Shown here: positions 46,816 through 55,001 of the stretch, in pieces
Layout: each line of letters starts with the position of its first letter
How positions within the stretch are numbered: position 1 is the stretch's first letter
Source: an uncultured Thermoproteales archaeon
GTDB lineage: Archaea > Thermoproteota > Thermoprotei > Thermofilales > B20-G17
NCBI GenBank assembly: GCA_964522205.1
Contig: CAZFTG010000004.1
Location: forward strand, 8,820-72,819
Direction of reading: 5' to 3'
Length of the DNA stretch: 64,000 bases
Notes under the pieces: model-generated
Told to the model about the DNA's origin: nothing
Seen by the model: the letters and a program-made list of their open reading frames with translations, nothing else
The model's database searches: none
Position numbers and translations under genes: made by a program

Positions 46816-46976
46816 CTTTTCGATAAGTAGATTGATAGCTATTATTCAATTTAAAGTACTCTCAACAGTGAACCGACCTTACGTACCTCTATAGTAGCGA
46901 AAACTCTTTTAACGCTCTAGAACTTTCCTTCTCCTGGACAACTAAAGTTATAGTAAGAGCGGCTTGGAGACTTAGG

Positions 46977-47330
46977 CTAGGAAGTGTTTTTAGGAAGAGA
47001 ATTAAAGATTCTAATTGCTTTTTTAAGAGTTCCAGTAACTTTAATTGTATGTATGGAAGAATCGCCCAACCTGAGCCCTGCTATGAGTATAGCCGATCTC
47101 ACGAGGTCGACATATCTATGTGAACAGGATAGTATTCCTGTACCTCTCTGTTCATCGTACTTAGCTAGTTTAAAGTGAGATCTGACTAGTCCTATTACTC
47201 CATGAAGTGCAAGTATGCTACTTACTAATGCTTCCTCTACTTCTCTCCTACTCCAAATCCTATCCTTCTCTCTCGTTTCTACTTTAAACACTAGATATCT
47301 TCTTCTGAGTCTCCTCGCTCTTACCAGCAC
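46977..47330 (-). CDS. rnp2: RNase P protein component 2 (Pop5 homolog)
   Basis: RRYLVFKV...SSILALHGVIG...YDEQRGTGILSCSHRY in the superoperon position. Confidence 0.75.
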   Translation of the reverse strand: MLVRARRLRRRYLVFKVETREKDRIWSRREVEEALVSSILALHGVIGLVRSHFKLAKYDEQRGTGILSCSHRYVDLVRSAILIAGLRLGDSSIHTIKVTGTLKKAIRIFNSLPKNTS

Positions 47331-47369
47331 TCTTCCCTTGTAATTTCAGGTAGTCTAGTCTAAAATTTA

Positions 47370-48059
47370 TTACTCATCTAGTAGCATTACTCCTGGTAAG
47401 ATGAACTTATCTGATAGCTTTAATCTATTTCTTTCCAGAATCTCTCTAGGTGTCTTAGTGAGGGCTTGAGCTGCTTTATTCCCTAGTCCTAGAATAGAGA
47501 TAAAGGCTATAACGTCCTTAGGTGAGAGCATTTCATAGAGGTTAGTAGCTCCACTAGAACATACAACATCTACTCCAAATTCTTCTGCTAATGTCAACAT
47601 AACATAGTACTTTCTGATAATCCTCGTGAGCGGGCGAGGATTTAGCTTTTTTAGAGTTCTTAAGTGACTAAGACATATTTCAAGAGCCTTCCCCTCATTA
47701 GCCATGAGTTTTGCTTGGATGGGGCTGAAAAGATACTCATATCCATGAAAGTTTACTATATCTATTCTTCCATCTCTGGTGGAGAACCTAGCTGTATTTA
47801 CATTTTTAGGGTGTGCAACAATTATTTCAAAGTTCCTTCTCTCTCTTCTAAGCACTCTCTTTGCCTGTATGTTTTTATCGAAATATAGATCTAATCTAGA
47901 TATTACTTCAACTTTTGAATCTATCTCTAATTTATCTCTAGTGCTAATAGATAGACCAGAGACACCTACTCCCTTATAACCTAATCTAAATGCTCTTTCG
48001 AGGAAGTTATGAAGTCTCTCGGTATTTGTCACTATACATAGGTCGTAGAAGTCTCCCAA
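47370..48059 (-). CDS. rnp3: RNase P protein component 3 (Rpp30 homolog)
   Basis: 229 aa with N-terminal FYDLCI. Assigned mainly from size and the conserved position upstream of rnp2. Confidence 0.65.
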   Translation of the reverse strand: MGDFYDLCIVTNTERLHNFLERAFRLGYKGVGVSGLSISTRDKLEIDSKVEVISRLDLYFDKNIQAKRVLRRERRNFEIIVAHPKNVNTARFSTRDGRIDIVNFHGYEYLFSPIQAKLMANEGKALEICLSHLRTLKKLNPRPLTRIIRKYYVMLTLAEEFGVDVVCSSGATNLYEMLSPKDVIAFISILGLGNKAAQALTKTPREILERNRLKLSDKFILPGVMLLDE

Positions 48060-48073
48060 GTCTCATCCCGTTG

Positions 48074-48526
48074 CTAGACAAATATGCTTATCTTCTCTGG
48101 CCTGTATCTCCAATCCTCTGGAAGTATTCCTCTCCTCTTATAGTACTTAGCTAATCTATAGATCTTGGATTCTATAGCTTGAAGACCTCTTTTAGAATGG
48201 TAGTCTTTAGGGTGTTCTTCTAGGTGTCTTCTTACTCTCATAGCTCTCTTTATGAGATTTAGTAAATCCTCTGGGAGCTCTGGATTCAATCCATGTTCTC
48301 TTAATATCTGTACTATTTTCTTTCCCGTAATCTGTTTTACTAGGGGTATTCCATACTGGTCTCTTAGTATTATACCTATCATTGAGGGAGGGTACCCACG
48401 TTTAGCTAGATCCACAACGAGGCTTTCTACTTCTTCTGGAGAGATTTTTAGCCACTCTGGAGACCCTGTTCTTAGAGGTCTTGTTGAATGTGATTTACCT
48501 TTCTTCTTACGCTTCCTCATACCCAT
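48074..48526 (-). CDS. rps15: Ribosomal protein S15 (uS15/S13e)
   Basis: [39 protein letters not shown]...[15 protein letters not shown]. Confidence 0.9.
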   Translation of the reverse strand: MGMRKRKKKGKSHSTRPLRTGSPEWLKISPEEVESLVVDLAKRGYPPSMIGIILRDQYGIPLVKQITGKKIVQILREHGLNPELPEDLLNLIKRAMRVRRHLEEHPKDYHSKRGLQAIESKIYRLAKYYKRRGILPEDWRYRPEKISIFV

Positions 48527-48583
48527 CCCCTTATGTATGCTGAGTAGCGTATACCTATTGCTATTTAAAAATATAACCCAGTT

Positions 48584-49378
48584 TTAATAACCTAATCGGT
48601 ACATGCTTATTGTAAGCACTATACTAGTTATCAATATCATCGTGGCTATTATGATTGTAAAGACTTCGATCTTGAACTTCCTAGATAGGGTCAGCATTGC
48701 TCTAATAGCTATTACACCTGTTATGGCTGAGATTACAAGCGAGGTGAGATATAGGGGATTAAAACTCCTACATATTAGTGGACAAGTTAGAATGCTTACT
48801 ATAGGTGCACTTAGAAAACTAGCTGTAAGAGAGGAGGTGGGATTGAATCCAAGGGTTAGCATTACTGCAAGAGTAACTCCGCTCCTCGAGATCCCCGGTA
48901 GTACTGATAGTCCTTGTACTATACCATAAAGTATCATATCTCTCAATGTCATTTCATTAAACTCCTTGATTGTACTTCTCTTTGCCTTTCTTAAGAGGAC
49001 TGCTATTCCCAATAATAGGGTTCCTATTATTGACATTAGCATATTTCCTTCGATTTCACTTATTAATTCTCTAAATATCATGTATGTAGGTAGGGCTACT
49101 GCTATGGAGAGGAGTGTGGTTATTAAAATAAATTTTAAATAGATATTATTAAGGTTTAACTTAAGTAGATCGATAAAGACCCTATAAAATATCCTTCTAT
49201 AGTAAGTAATTCCAGCTATAGCTGTTCCTAAGTGTAGATACAACGCTGTATCATAGGCTATCTGCGAAGGAAGTTTAAATAGAATCAATATTACCATGAT
49301 CACACCACTACTACTCACAGGTAACCATTCAAGCACTCCTTGGACTATGCCTAGTAGTACTGGTAATAGTTCTTCCAT
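48584..49378 (-). CDS. uppP: Undecaprenyl-diphosphatase (UppP/BacA family)
   Basis: GIVQGVLEWLPVSSSG and GLSVLPGISRSG motifs in a polytopic protein. Confidence 0.85.
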   Translation of the reverse strand: MEELLPVLLGIVQGVLEWLPVSSSGVIMVILILFKLPSQIAYDTALYLHLGTAIAGITYYRRIFYRVFIDLLKLNLNNIYLKFILITTLLSIAVALPTYMIFRELISEIEGNMLMSIIGTLLLGIAVLLRKAKRSTIKEFNEMTLRDMILYGIVQGLSVLPGISRSGVTLAVMLTLGFNPTSSLTASFLSAPIVSILTCPLICRSFNPLYLTSLVISAITGVIAIRAMLTLSRKFKIEVFTIIIATMILITSIVLTISMYRLGY

Positions 49379-49402
49379 TTAGATCGGTTATCTAAAGCGA
49401 GG

Positions 49403-49412
49403 TTAATTATAT
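49403..49412 (-). promoter_or_regulatory. TATA box for uppP (leaderless spacing)
   Basis: The minus strand reads ATATAATTAA, centred about 30 nt upstream of ATG 49378. Confidence 0.4.
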
Positions 49413-49435
49413 GCTCTTACCTATCGACCTTTTTC

Positions 49436-49645
49436 CTATTTCGACAAGAGATTCATGCTCTTGGTAGTGCCTCGTGGCTTAGCGTTCATCAGTGGTCGCC
49501 TCGTCCCTTCACGACTCTTATCTTTGGAGCACGAGTTGGATCCAGTCCGATAGCTAGATTACTGTTACAGTGAGGGGCCATGTCGTCTCCACTAGAGTAT
49601 CTGTGAAAACCTGTAGGTGCTTTTCCAGCTCACCTATATTTATGT
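49436..49645. ncRNA. Unassigned GC-enriched ORF-free segment; candidate structured RNA or gene relic
   Basis: Hand count gives 91/180 G+C (50.6%) for 49441-49620 in an otherwise AT-rich spacer. There is no ORF of 60 aa or more on either strand. Several short helices and flanking TATA-like boxes are present. The strand and RNA family are undetermined. Confidence 0.25.
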
Positions 49646-49716
49646 GGACTTAAACGGTTAGTTAAATATACCAGCTAAAGTACTCAAATAAATGGGTTCT
49701 CAGGGAGAGAAACACT

Positions 49717-50313
49717 ATGACCTATACTATAGTACTTGCTGAGCCTGAAGGCACAGTACTAGTAGGTGTCGTCTCAGGTAGTTTAGCAGTGGGTAGTAGA
49801 GTTCCCTGGGCTAGGGCATGCATTGGTGCAGTAGCGACTCAAGGATACACAAATGTCACTCTAGGACCTCTTGTCCTTTCTCTATTAGAGAGAGGGTATA
49901 GTAGTGAAGAAGCTGTGAATTTAGCCTTAAGTACAGATCCAGAACCGAGTAGAAGACAGCTATTAGTCTTCTCCTGCAGAGGTGATGGTTATGCTTATAC
50001 AGGTGTAAAATGCCCTCCCGAAAGAGGGGCTAAAATTGGTATAGGTTTCGTCTGCGGTGGGAATATGTTGAGTAGCGGTAAGGTAATTGAAGCTATGTAC
50101 AGGGTATTATGCACTACCTCAGACTTACATCCCATTCAGAGGATAATGAAAGCTCTTAGAGCAGGTCATAGTGCAGGAGGGGATAGACGAGGGGATCGAA
50201 GTGCTGCTGTCCTATACGCTGAACCTTATAGTAGCCCTATAAGCATTAGAGTAGATTATTCATTAGATCCTTTAAAGGAACTTGAGGAAAAAGTACTTCA
50301 TATGATGACCTAA
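49717..50313 (+). CDS. DUF1028-family (Ntn-hydrolase-like) protein
   Basis: MTYTIV...GVVSGSLAVGSRVPWARACIGAVATQGYTN...RQLLVF fits the DUF1028 pattern, with Thr2 as the putative nucleophile. Confidence 0.7.
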   Translation: MTYTIVLAEPEGTVLVGVVSGSLAVGSRVPWARACIGAVATQGYTNVTLGPLVLSLLERGYSSEEAVNLALSTDPEPSRRQLLVFSCRGDGYAYTGVKCPPERGAKIGIGFVCGGNMLSSGKVIEAMYRVLCTTSDLHPIQRIMKALRAGHSAGGDRRGDRSAAVLYAEPYSSPISIRVDYSLDPLKELEEKVLHMMT

Positions 50314-50364
50314 ATCCATGCCCTAATTATTTTAAATCATAATCGCATTAAGAAAAGGGATAGT

Positions 50365-51381
50365 ATGAATTTATCCATACTAGACAGACTGAAAGAACTT
50401 GGAGCTCTTGTAGATGAGTATATGGAGATGGTATTACTAAAGGATACTTCCCCTGCTTTTAAAAAGGCAGTTCTATACCAAGTGAAGGTTGGCGGGAAGA
50501 GAATTAGACCTGCTTTGACTATTCTAAGCTGTGAAGCAGCAGGAGGAAACATGGAGGATGCTATACCAGCTGCTGCAGCTATAGAACTGATCCATAACTA
50601 CTCATTGATACTTGATGACATAATAGACAGGGGAGAACTTAGACGAGGGAAGCCTACTCTCAGAAAGGTTTACAGCGACGTAATAGCCATACTGGTAGCT
50701 ACGCACTATAGAGAATCTATAACTCAGGCTATTAATGATACAAAGAACTCCTTAGAACTACATTCACTGCTCGCAACTACTATCAAGAGGTTAATAGAGG
50801 GAGAAAGACTAGACATACTCTTTGAACAGGCTGGTAGACATGAAAAGTACCTAATAGATCATCGATATCATAGTATCACACTAGAGGATTATTTTAAAAT
50901 GATAAGGTATAAGACTGCAGAACTGATGCGCGCAAGTTGTCTCTCAGGTGCTATAGTAGCTAATGCCAATAGCTCTACAAAACGTGCTCTCTCAGAGTAT
51001 GGACTTAACATAGGTATGGCTTTTCAGATAATAGATGATCTATTAGACATATTTGGAGAGGAAAAAGTCTTTGGAAAACGTATAGGTAAGGATATAATAG
51101 AACACAAACTAGGAAATATAGTGATATTACTATCACTAGAGGAGATGGATACTAATGATAGAGAGAGGTTATTGAGTATTCTCAGGAAGGATATAGTACT
51201 TGAGGAGGATCTTAAAAAAGCTATAGAGCTTATAAGGAGGACTACCTCTAAGGAAAGAGCTTATGGACTTGCTAGAGAGTTCATAGATAAGGCTATAAAT
51301 AATCTGTATAGGCTAAAAAGATCTAAAGCAAGAGATCTTCTAGAAGAGTTGGCCTTGTTCATTATAAAGAGGAAGTGGTGA
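50365..51381 (+). CDS. Geranylgeranyl diphosphate synthase (trans-polyprenyl synthase)
   Basis: First motif LILDDIIDRGELRRG and second motif QIIDDLLD (both DDxxD-type). Confidence 0.85.
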   Translation: MNLSILDRLKELGALVDEYMEMVLLKDTSPAFKKAVLYQVKVGGKRIRPALTILSCEAAGGNMEDAIPAAAAIELIHNYSLILDDIIDRGELRRGKPTLRKVYSDVIAILVATHYRESITQAINDTKNSLELHSLLATTIKRLIEGERLDILFEQAGRHEKYLIDHRYHSITLEDYFKMIRYKTAELMRASCLSGAIVANANSSTKRALSEYGLNIGMAFQIIDDLLDIFGEEKVFGKRIGKDIIEHKLGNIVILLSLEEMDTNDRERLLSILRKDIVLEEDLKKAIELIRRTTSKERAYGLAREFIDKAINNLYRLKRSKARDLLEELALFIIKRKW

Positions 51382-51385
51382 GAAT

Positions 51386-52192
51386 TTGAGCGATATCGGA
51401 AAGGAATTAGTAATAGTAAAACTTGGAGGTTCTGCCATAACCTATAAGGATAGACCGCTTACACCTAGAATTGAAGTGATCAAAGGACTAGCATCAGAGA
51501 TTAGAAAGATTCTCGATAAGGGTTATAAGCTCATTCTAGTGCATGGAGGTGGTTCCTTTGGACACTATATGGCAACATTACATGGCATAAATAGAGGAGA
51601 TAGATCATACAGAGGCTATCTAGAGACTAGAATAGCCATGCTAAAACTAAACGAATTGATCTGTAAAAATCTTATGGATACAGAGGTACCAGTGGCACCT
51701 ATTCATCCCTCCTGTATAATAGTTAATGAGAGTGGAATTCCACGTAGAGTATTCATCGATCCTATAAAGACTGCTATTGAAGTGGGCTATGTACCGGTTC
51801 TTCATGGTGATGTAGTACTAGACGTTAATCAGAGGTACTCCATAATCTCTGGTGATACTATAATTGATCTCCTAACAGATTACTTTCCAGTAGACCTCGT
51901 TATCTTTGGTATGAATGTTGATGGAATATATGATAGAGACCCTTCTGATGCGAAAGCTAGACTCTTAACTAGAGTAAATTTAAGCGAATTGGATTACATA
52001 AGTGGAAGAATAGGACGTTTTGATGTGACTGGAGGGATTCTCTCCAAGTTAAATGTCGCTAAGAGACTGGCAAGAAAGAAAATAGAGGTAGTTTTCCTCA
52101 ATATAACAAAGAGAGGCACACTTATGAACTTACTATCTGGAGGTGAAGTTATCGCCACAAGGATCCTAGCTAACGAGAGCTCTATCCCGTGA
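51386..52192 (+). CDS. Isopentenyl phosphate kinase
   Basis: Amino-acid-kinase fold with VKLGGSAIT and LVHGGGSFGH. TTG start. It lies adjacent to the GGPP synthase gene. Confidence 0.8.
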   Translation: MSDIGKELVIVKLGGSAITYKDRPLTPRIEVIKGLASEIRKILDKGYKLILVHGGGSFGHYMATLHGINRGDRSYRGYLETRIAMLKLNELICKNLMDTEVPVAPIHPSCIIVNESGIPRRVFIDPIKTAIEVGYVPVLHGDVVLDVNQRYSIISGDTIIDLLTDYFPVDLVIFGMNVDGIYDRDPSDAKARLLTRVNLSELDYISGRIGRFDVTGGILSKLNVAKRLARKKIEVVFLNITKRGTLMNLLSGGEVIATRILANESSIP

Positions 52193-52214
52193 AACTTTAA
52201 TATGCGAAATCCAT

Positions 52215-52481
52215 TTGGTGAATGGTCGTATGGAAATGGATGTAGATACTATAAGTCAAGTAAAATGTCCTGAATGCGGGAATATAGTTCCTGAAGGTCG
52301 CTACTGTATATTCTGTAGAGCCGACATAACTAATGCAACTCGTATAGTTGCTGAAGAAGAGAAAAAGGAGGAAATAAAAGAGGAAATGAGCCTAGAGGAA
52401 AAGGTGAAATTCTTAGAGAAAGAGATAGATAGACTTAGAAAAGATATAGACCTACTGAAGAGAGCAGTAGGACTAATATAG
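52215..52481 (+). CDS. Hypothetical zinc-ribbon plus coiled-coil protein
   Basis: CPECG...CIFC is followed by an acidic linker and LEEKVKFLEKEIDRLRKDIDLLK. The start is probably ATG 52230. Confidence 0.4.
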   Translation: MVNGRMEMDVDTISQVKCPECGNIVPEGRYCIFCRADITNATRIVAEEEKKEEIKEEMSLEEKVKFLEKEIDRLRKDIDLLKRAVGLI

Positions 52482-52512
52482 TTCTTTGAGAAGTAGGAAA
52501 TGGGAATCTAAA

Positions 52513-52570
52513 GAAAAATGATGAGTACTCCTGGCACAGAAGGATGAAGTTAACTTACCCAACTGATACT
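52513..52570 (+). ncRNA. C/D box sRNA candidate
   Basis: The elements are C box ATGATGA (52518-52524), a 12-nt spacer, D' CAGA (52537-52540), a 3-nt spacer, C' ATGAAGT (52544-52550), a 12-nt spacer and D box CTGA (52563-52566). It lies in a convergent intergenic spacer. Confidence 0.55.
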
Positions 52571-52580
52571 TCGATAGTAC

Positions 52581-52808
52581 TTATGTTACAATTTCTCTTC
52601 CCTTACTTGAAATCTCGTATTTACCACGTTCTACTCTTCTAACATAGCCGTACTCTTTTAACCACCTTATCTTGGCAGCTATTCTTCTGATATCGATCCC
52701 CGTTCTTTCGCCTATATCCCTACAGGTTAAGGTCTTTTCCTTTACTAGTGTTTTTAATATCTTTTTAGCCACCTCGTCCATAATTTTTTCGTGAGGATTC
52801 ATAGTCAT
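52581..52808 (-). CDS. Small winged-helix DNA-binding protein
   Basis: 75 aa. ILKTLVKEKTLTCRDIGERTGIDIRRIAAKIRWLKEYGYVRRVERGKYEIS looks like a wHTH. Confidence 0.45.
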   Translation of the reverse strand: MTMNPHEKIMDEVAKKILKTLVKEKTLTCRDIGERTGIDIRRIAAKIRWLKEYGYVRRVERGKYEISSKGREIVT

Positions 52809-53083
52809 AGTCCCTACCCATTCCCGTATATAAGTCTCTTTATATTAAAATATTCATTCTAGCCTATTTGATATTGATAGAAGGAGGATGTCATCTCTTT
52901 TGTAAAATATTTAGAAGAAAATAATCAAATACTAAAAGTTTAAAAGAATGTCTCAATAGCAATATGTTCATAGAAGAGAATGTAGCAGTTAGGAATTATA
53001 TAGAAGAATATCTGAGAATTTCGATGTGTAAAGTGAGATTATCTATATGTAATACTCACTATAGGAATTTATGGGATTAAGAC

Positions 53084-53734
53084 TTGGTAGTCTTCATAGT
53101 ATCAATAGATGGGCCAGACTTCTCAGGAAAGACCACTATATCCAATATCCTAGTAGAGTTACTTAGGAGAAGACTTCCTCCTGAAGCCGATATAGTCATA
53201 AGAAGAACTAAATTACCGTCAAATGAACTAGTTACAGGATCCTTTACTGGTATATTACGTAATCTAAAGATAGAGATAGCTCCAGAGGAGTACTCTCTAG
53301 CTTATGCTCTCGATCATCTACATTACTACAGGTTGAAGATTAGACCACTAGAACAGTGTACTCAGAAGTTTTTAGTGATCCAGGAGCGCTCGTTACTTAC
53401 TACATTCATATACCAGGGATTAATAGGAGGAGTGGATATAGGGTGGCTTCGTGAGATTAATAAGTACTGTAGAGCTATACCTCACATTACTTTCATTCTG
53501 AAAGTAGATGCGGATGAGCTTGTTAGGAGAATGTACATAGAGGGTAGGGTAGTAGATGCCTTTGAAAGTGAGGATCATATAAGACGACAAGCTTCAATTT
53601 ATTATGATCTACCTGAAGATCTAGTTGCAGAATTTAACGTAAAGTATATTGATGCTACTAGAGATGCCTTTGAAGTCGCTAAGGAGATAAGCAGTATTGT
53701 GATCAAAAATCTTAGAGAAAGGGCATGGATATAG
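53084..53734 (+). CDS. Thymidylate kinase-like P-loop kinase (divergent)
   Basis: SIDGPDFSGKTT (compare EGxDGxGKTT) and ERSLLTTFIYQG (compare DRY..S..AYQ). TTG start. Confidence 0.5.
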   Translation: MVVFIVSIDGPDFSGKTTISNILVELLRRRLPPEADIVIRRTKLPSNELVTGSFTGILRNLKIEIAPEEYSLAYALDHLHYYRLKIRPLEQCTQKFLVIQERSLLTTFIYQGLIGGVDIGWLREINKYCRAIPHITFILKVDADELVRRMYIEGRVVDAFESEDHIRRQASIYYDLPEDLVAEFNVKYIDATRDAFEVAKEISSIVIKNLRERAWI

Positions 53735-53756
53735 TTTCGTTGATTATTTATATTCG

Positions 53757-55001
53757 CTATCTTCGATATTTTATGAGTACAAGTGGAATTACTACTTCCT
53801 CGAAAGTGAGACCTCCATGCCTACCCTTAAGGAATTTGATGTTCTCTTCTGAGGAGTAGGAATATATTGCACAATACCCTTTTTTCATAACCATTACGAA
53901 ATCTCCTAGTCTAGGTAAGATACTATCCATTATCTCTCCTATACCGAATACTCCTTTTTCTATTAAATCTCTTGTTCTAAACAATATACTCTTATCAGAA
54001 AATTTCTTAGTATAGACTTTCGTTAGCATGTCTTCATCCTCTACCTTCAGGTATAGAAATCTACTCTCTCCATAGGGAGGGACTATAAGTGATTTTAAAA
54101 GATCACTATCACTATCAAGTACTACTGTTTTTTCTTCCTCTACTTCTACTTGTCCATGGTCTGATGTTATGATTGCTAGGCATTTCTCACTCTTACTATT
54201 TAGTTCTTTTAATAATAATTCTCTTATAGAGAGTATTATATGTTTAAGTTCTAAAGTGAATTCATGGGATTTAGGACCATACTCGTGTCCTATACTATCA
54301 AGAAGCCCCCAGTAGGCTATTATGAGTTGAAACTCTTCTCTTAAAGCTCTTTTGCAGTTGGCTAGCATATCTGAAAGAGAGAGATAAGTCTTTGTTTCAC
54401 ATTCATCCACTATCGCATTAGTAAACGCTGTGTCTTCTAGTCTTTTGTGACCAATTACACATGTCTTTAGTCCTTTTTCACTAAATATCTTTGGAAGAGG
54501 CTCAGCTTTAACTAGGATGCTTATGTCTACACCACACTTTTTTAAGCTATCGTTGAATCCTCCTATTATTGGCGCGAATTCTATAGTCTTCACTATCATT
54601 CCTAGCTCCCGCATGTATAATCTATATCCTAGAACGCCATGTTCTTGAGGAGTAGTACCAGTGTATATAGATGTTAATGCAGTCGCTGTAGTTGTCGGAG
54701 CTACGGATGTTATGGGAATTATCGAGGTATCATACTCCTTAATCTTTAGTAGTCCTGCTACCTTTAACATGTATTCATAGTTTAATGAATCAATTATTAT
54801 TAATAGAACTTTTTCTAAATCTTCGAAGTATTCTTTATTAATGAATCTATAATCAAGCTCTTTAAGATTACATTTGTAACCAAGTGAGTTCAATATTGTG
54901 GGTAATATATTAACTATGGATAGACCTTCATAATAAGGAATGAGGAGATTTAAAAATCCTTTTGATCTAGAGTTTTCCCTTATCAAACTTAGGGAATTCA
55001 T
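53757..55001 (-). CDS. Alkaline-phosphatase-superfamily metalloenzyme (NPP/phosphodiesterase-type, COG1524-like)
   Basis: LLIIIDSLN..., SVAPTTTATALTSIYTGTTPQEHG (Thr-nucleophile region) and ITSDHGQ. Confidence 0.7.
   Translation of the reverse strand: MNSLSLIRENSRSKGFLNLLIPYYEGLSIVNILPTILNSLGYKCNLKELDYRFINKEYFEDLEKVLLIIIDSLNYEYMLKVAGLLKIKEYDTSIIPITSVAPTTTATALTSIYTGTTPQEHGVLGYRLYMRELGMIVKTIEFAPIIGGFNDSLKKCGVDISILVKAEPLPKIFSEKGLKTCVIGHKRLEDTAFTNAIVDECETKTYLSLSDMLANCKRALREEFQLIIAYWGLLDSIGHEYGPKSHEFTLELKHIILSIRELLLKELNSKSEKCLAIITSDHGQVEVEEEKTVVLDSDSDLLKSLIVPPYGESRFLYLKVEDEDMLTKVYTKKFSDKSILFRTRDLIEKGVFGIGEIMDSILPRLGDFVMVMKKGYCAIYSYSSEENIKFLKGRHGGLTFEEVVIPLVLIKYRR

Noticed and set aside
49436-49645. 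Attempted assignment of the GC-rich block to SRP (7S) RNA, RNase P RNA, a tRNA or split-tRNA half, or an H/ACA guide.
   Set aside because: There are partial resemblances only. They include a GAAGGGA similar to helix-8 GGAAGGGAGCA but lacking AGCA, and GGCUUAG and AGUCCG in the wrong order for RNase P P4. UGUAAC and CCUGUAG strings are also present. There is no T-loop (GTTGGATCC lacks C56), no ACA box and no consistent long-range helices. The family is left unassigned.
53050-53065. TAATACTCACTATAGG resembles the phage T7 promoter TAATACGACTCACTATAGG.
   Set aside because: It lacks the central GAC (a 3-nt deletion that breaks the register). No phage-type RNA polymerase or other viral genes are nearby. 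A single AT-rich 16-mer match in an AT-rich spacer is plausibly chance.
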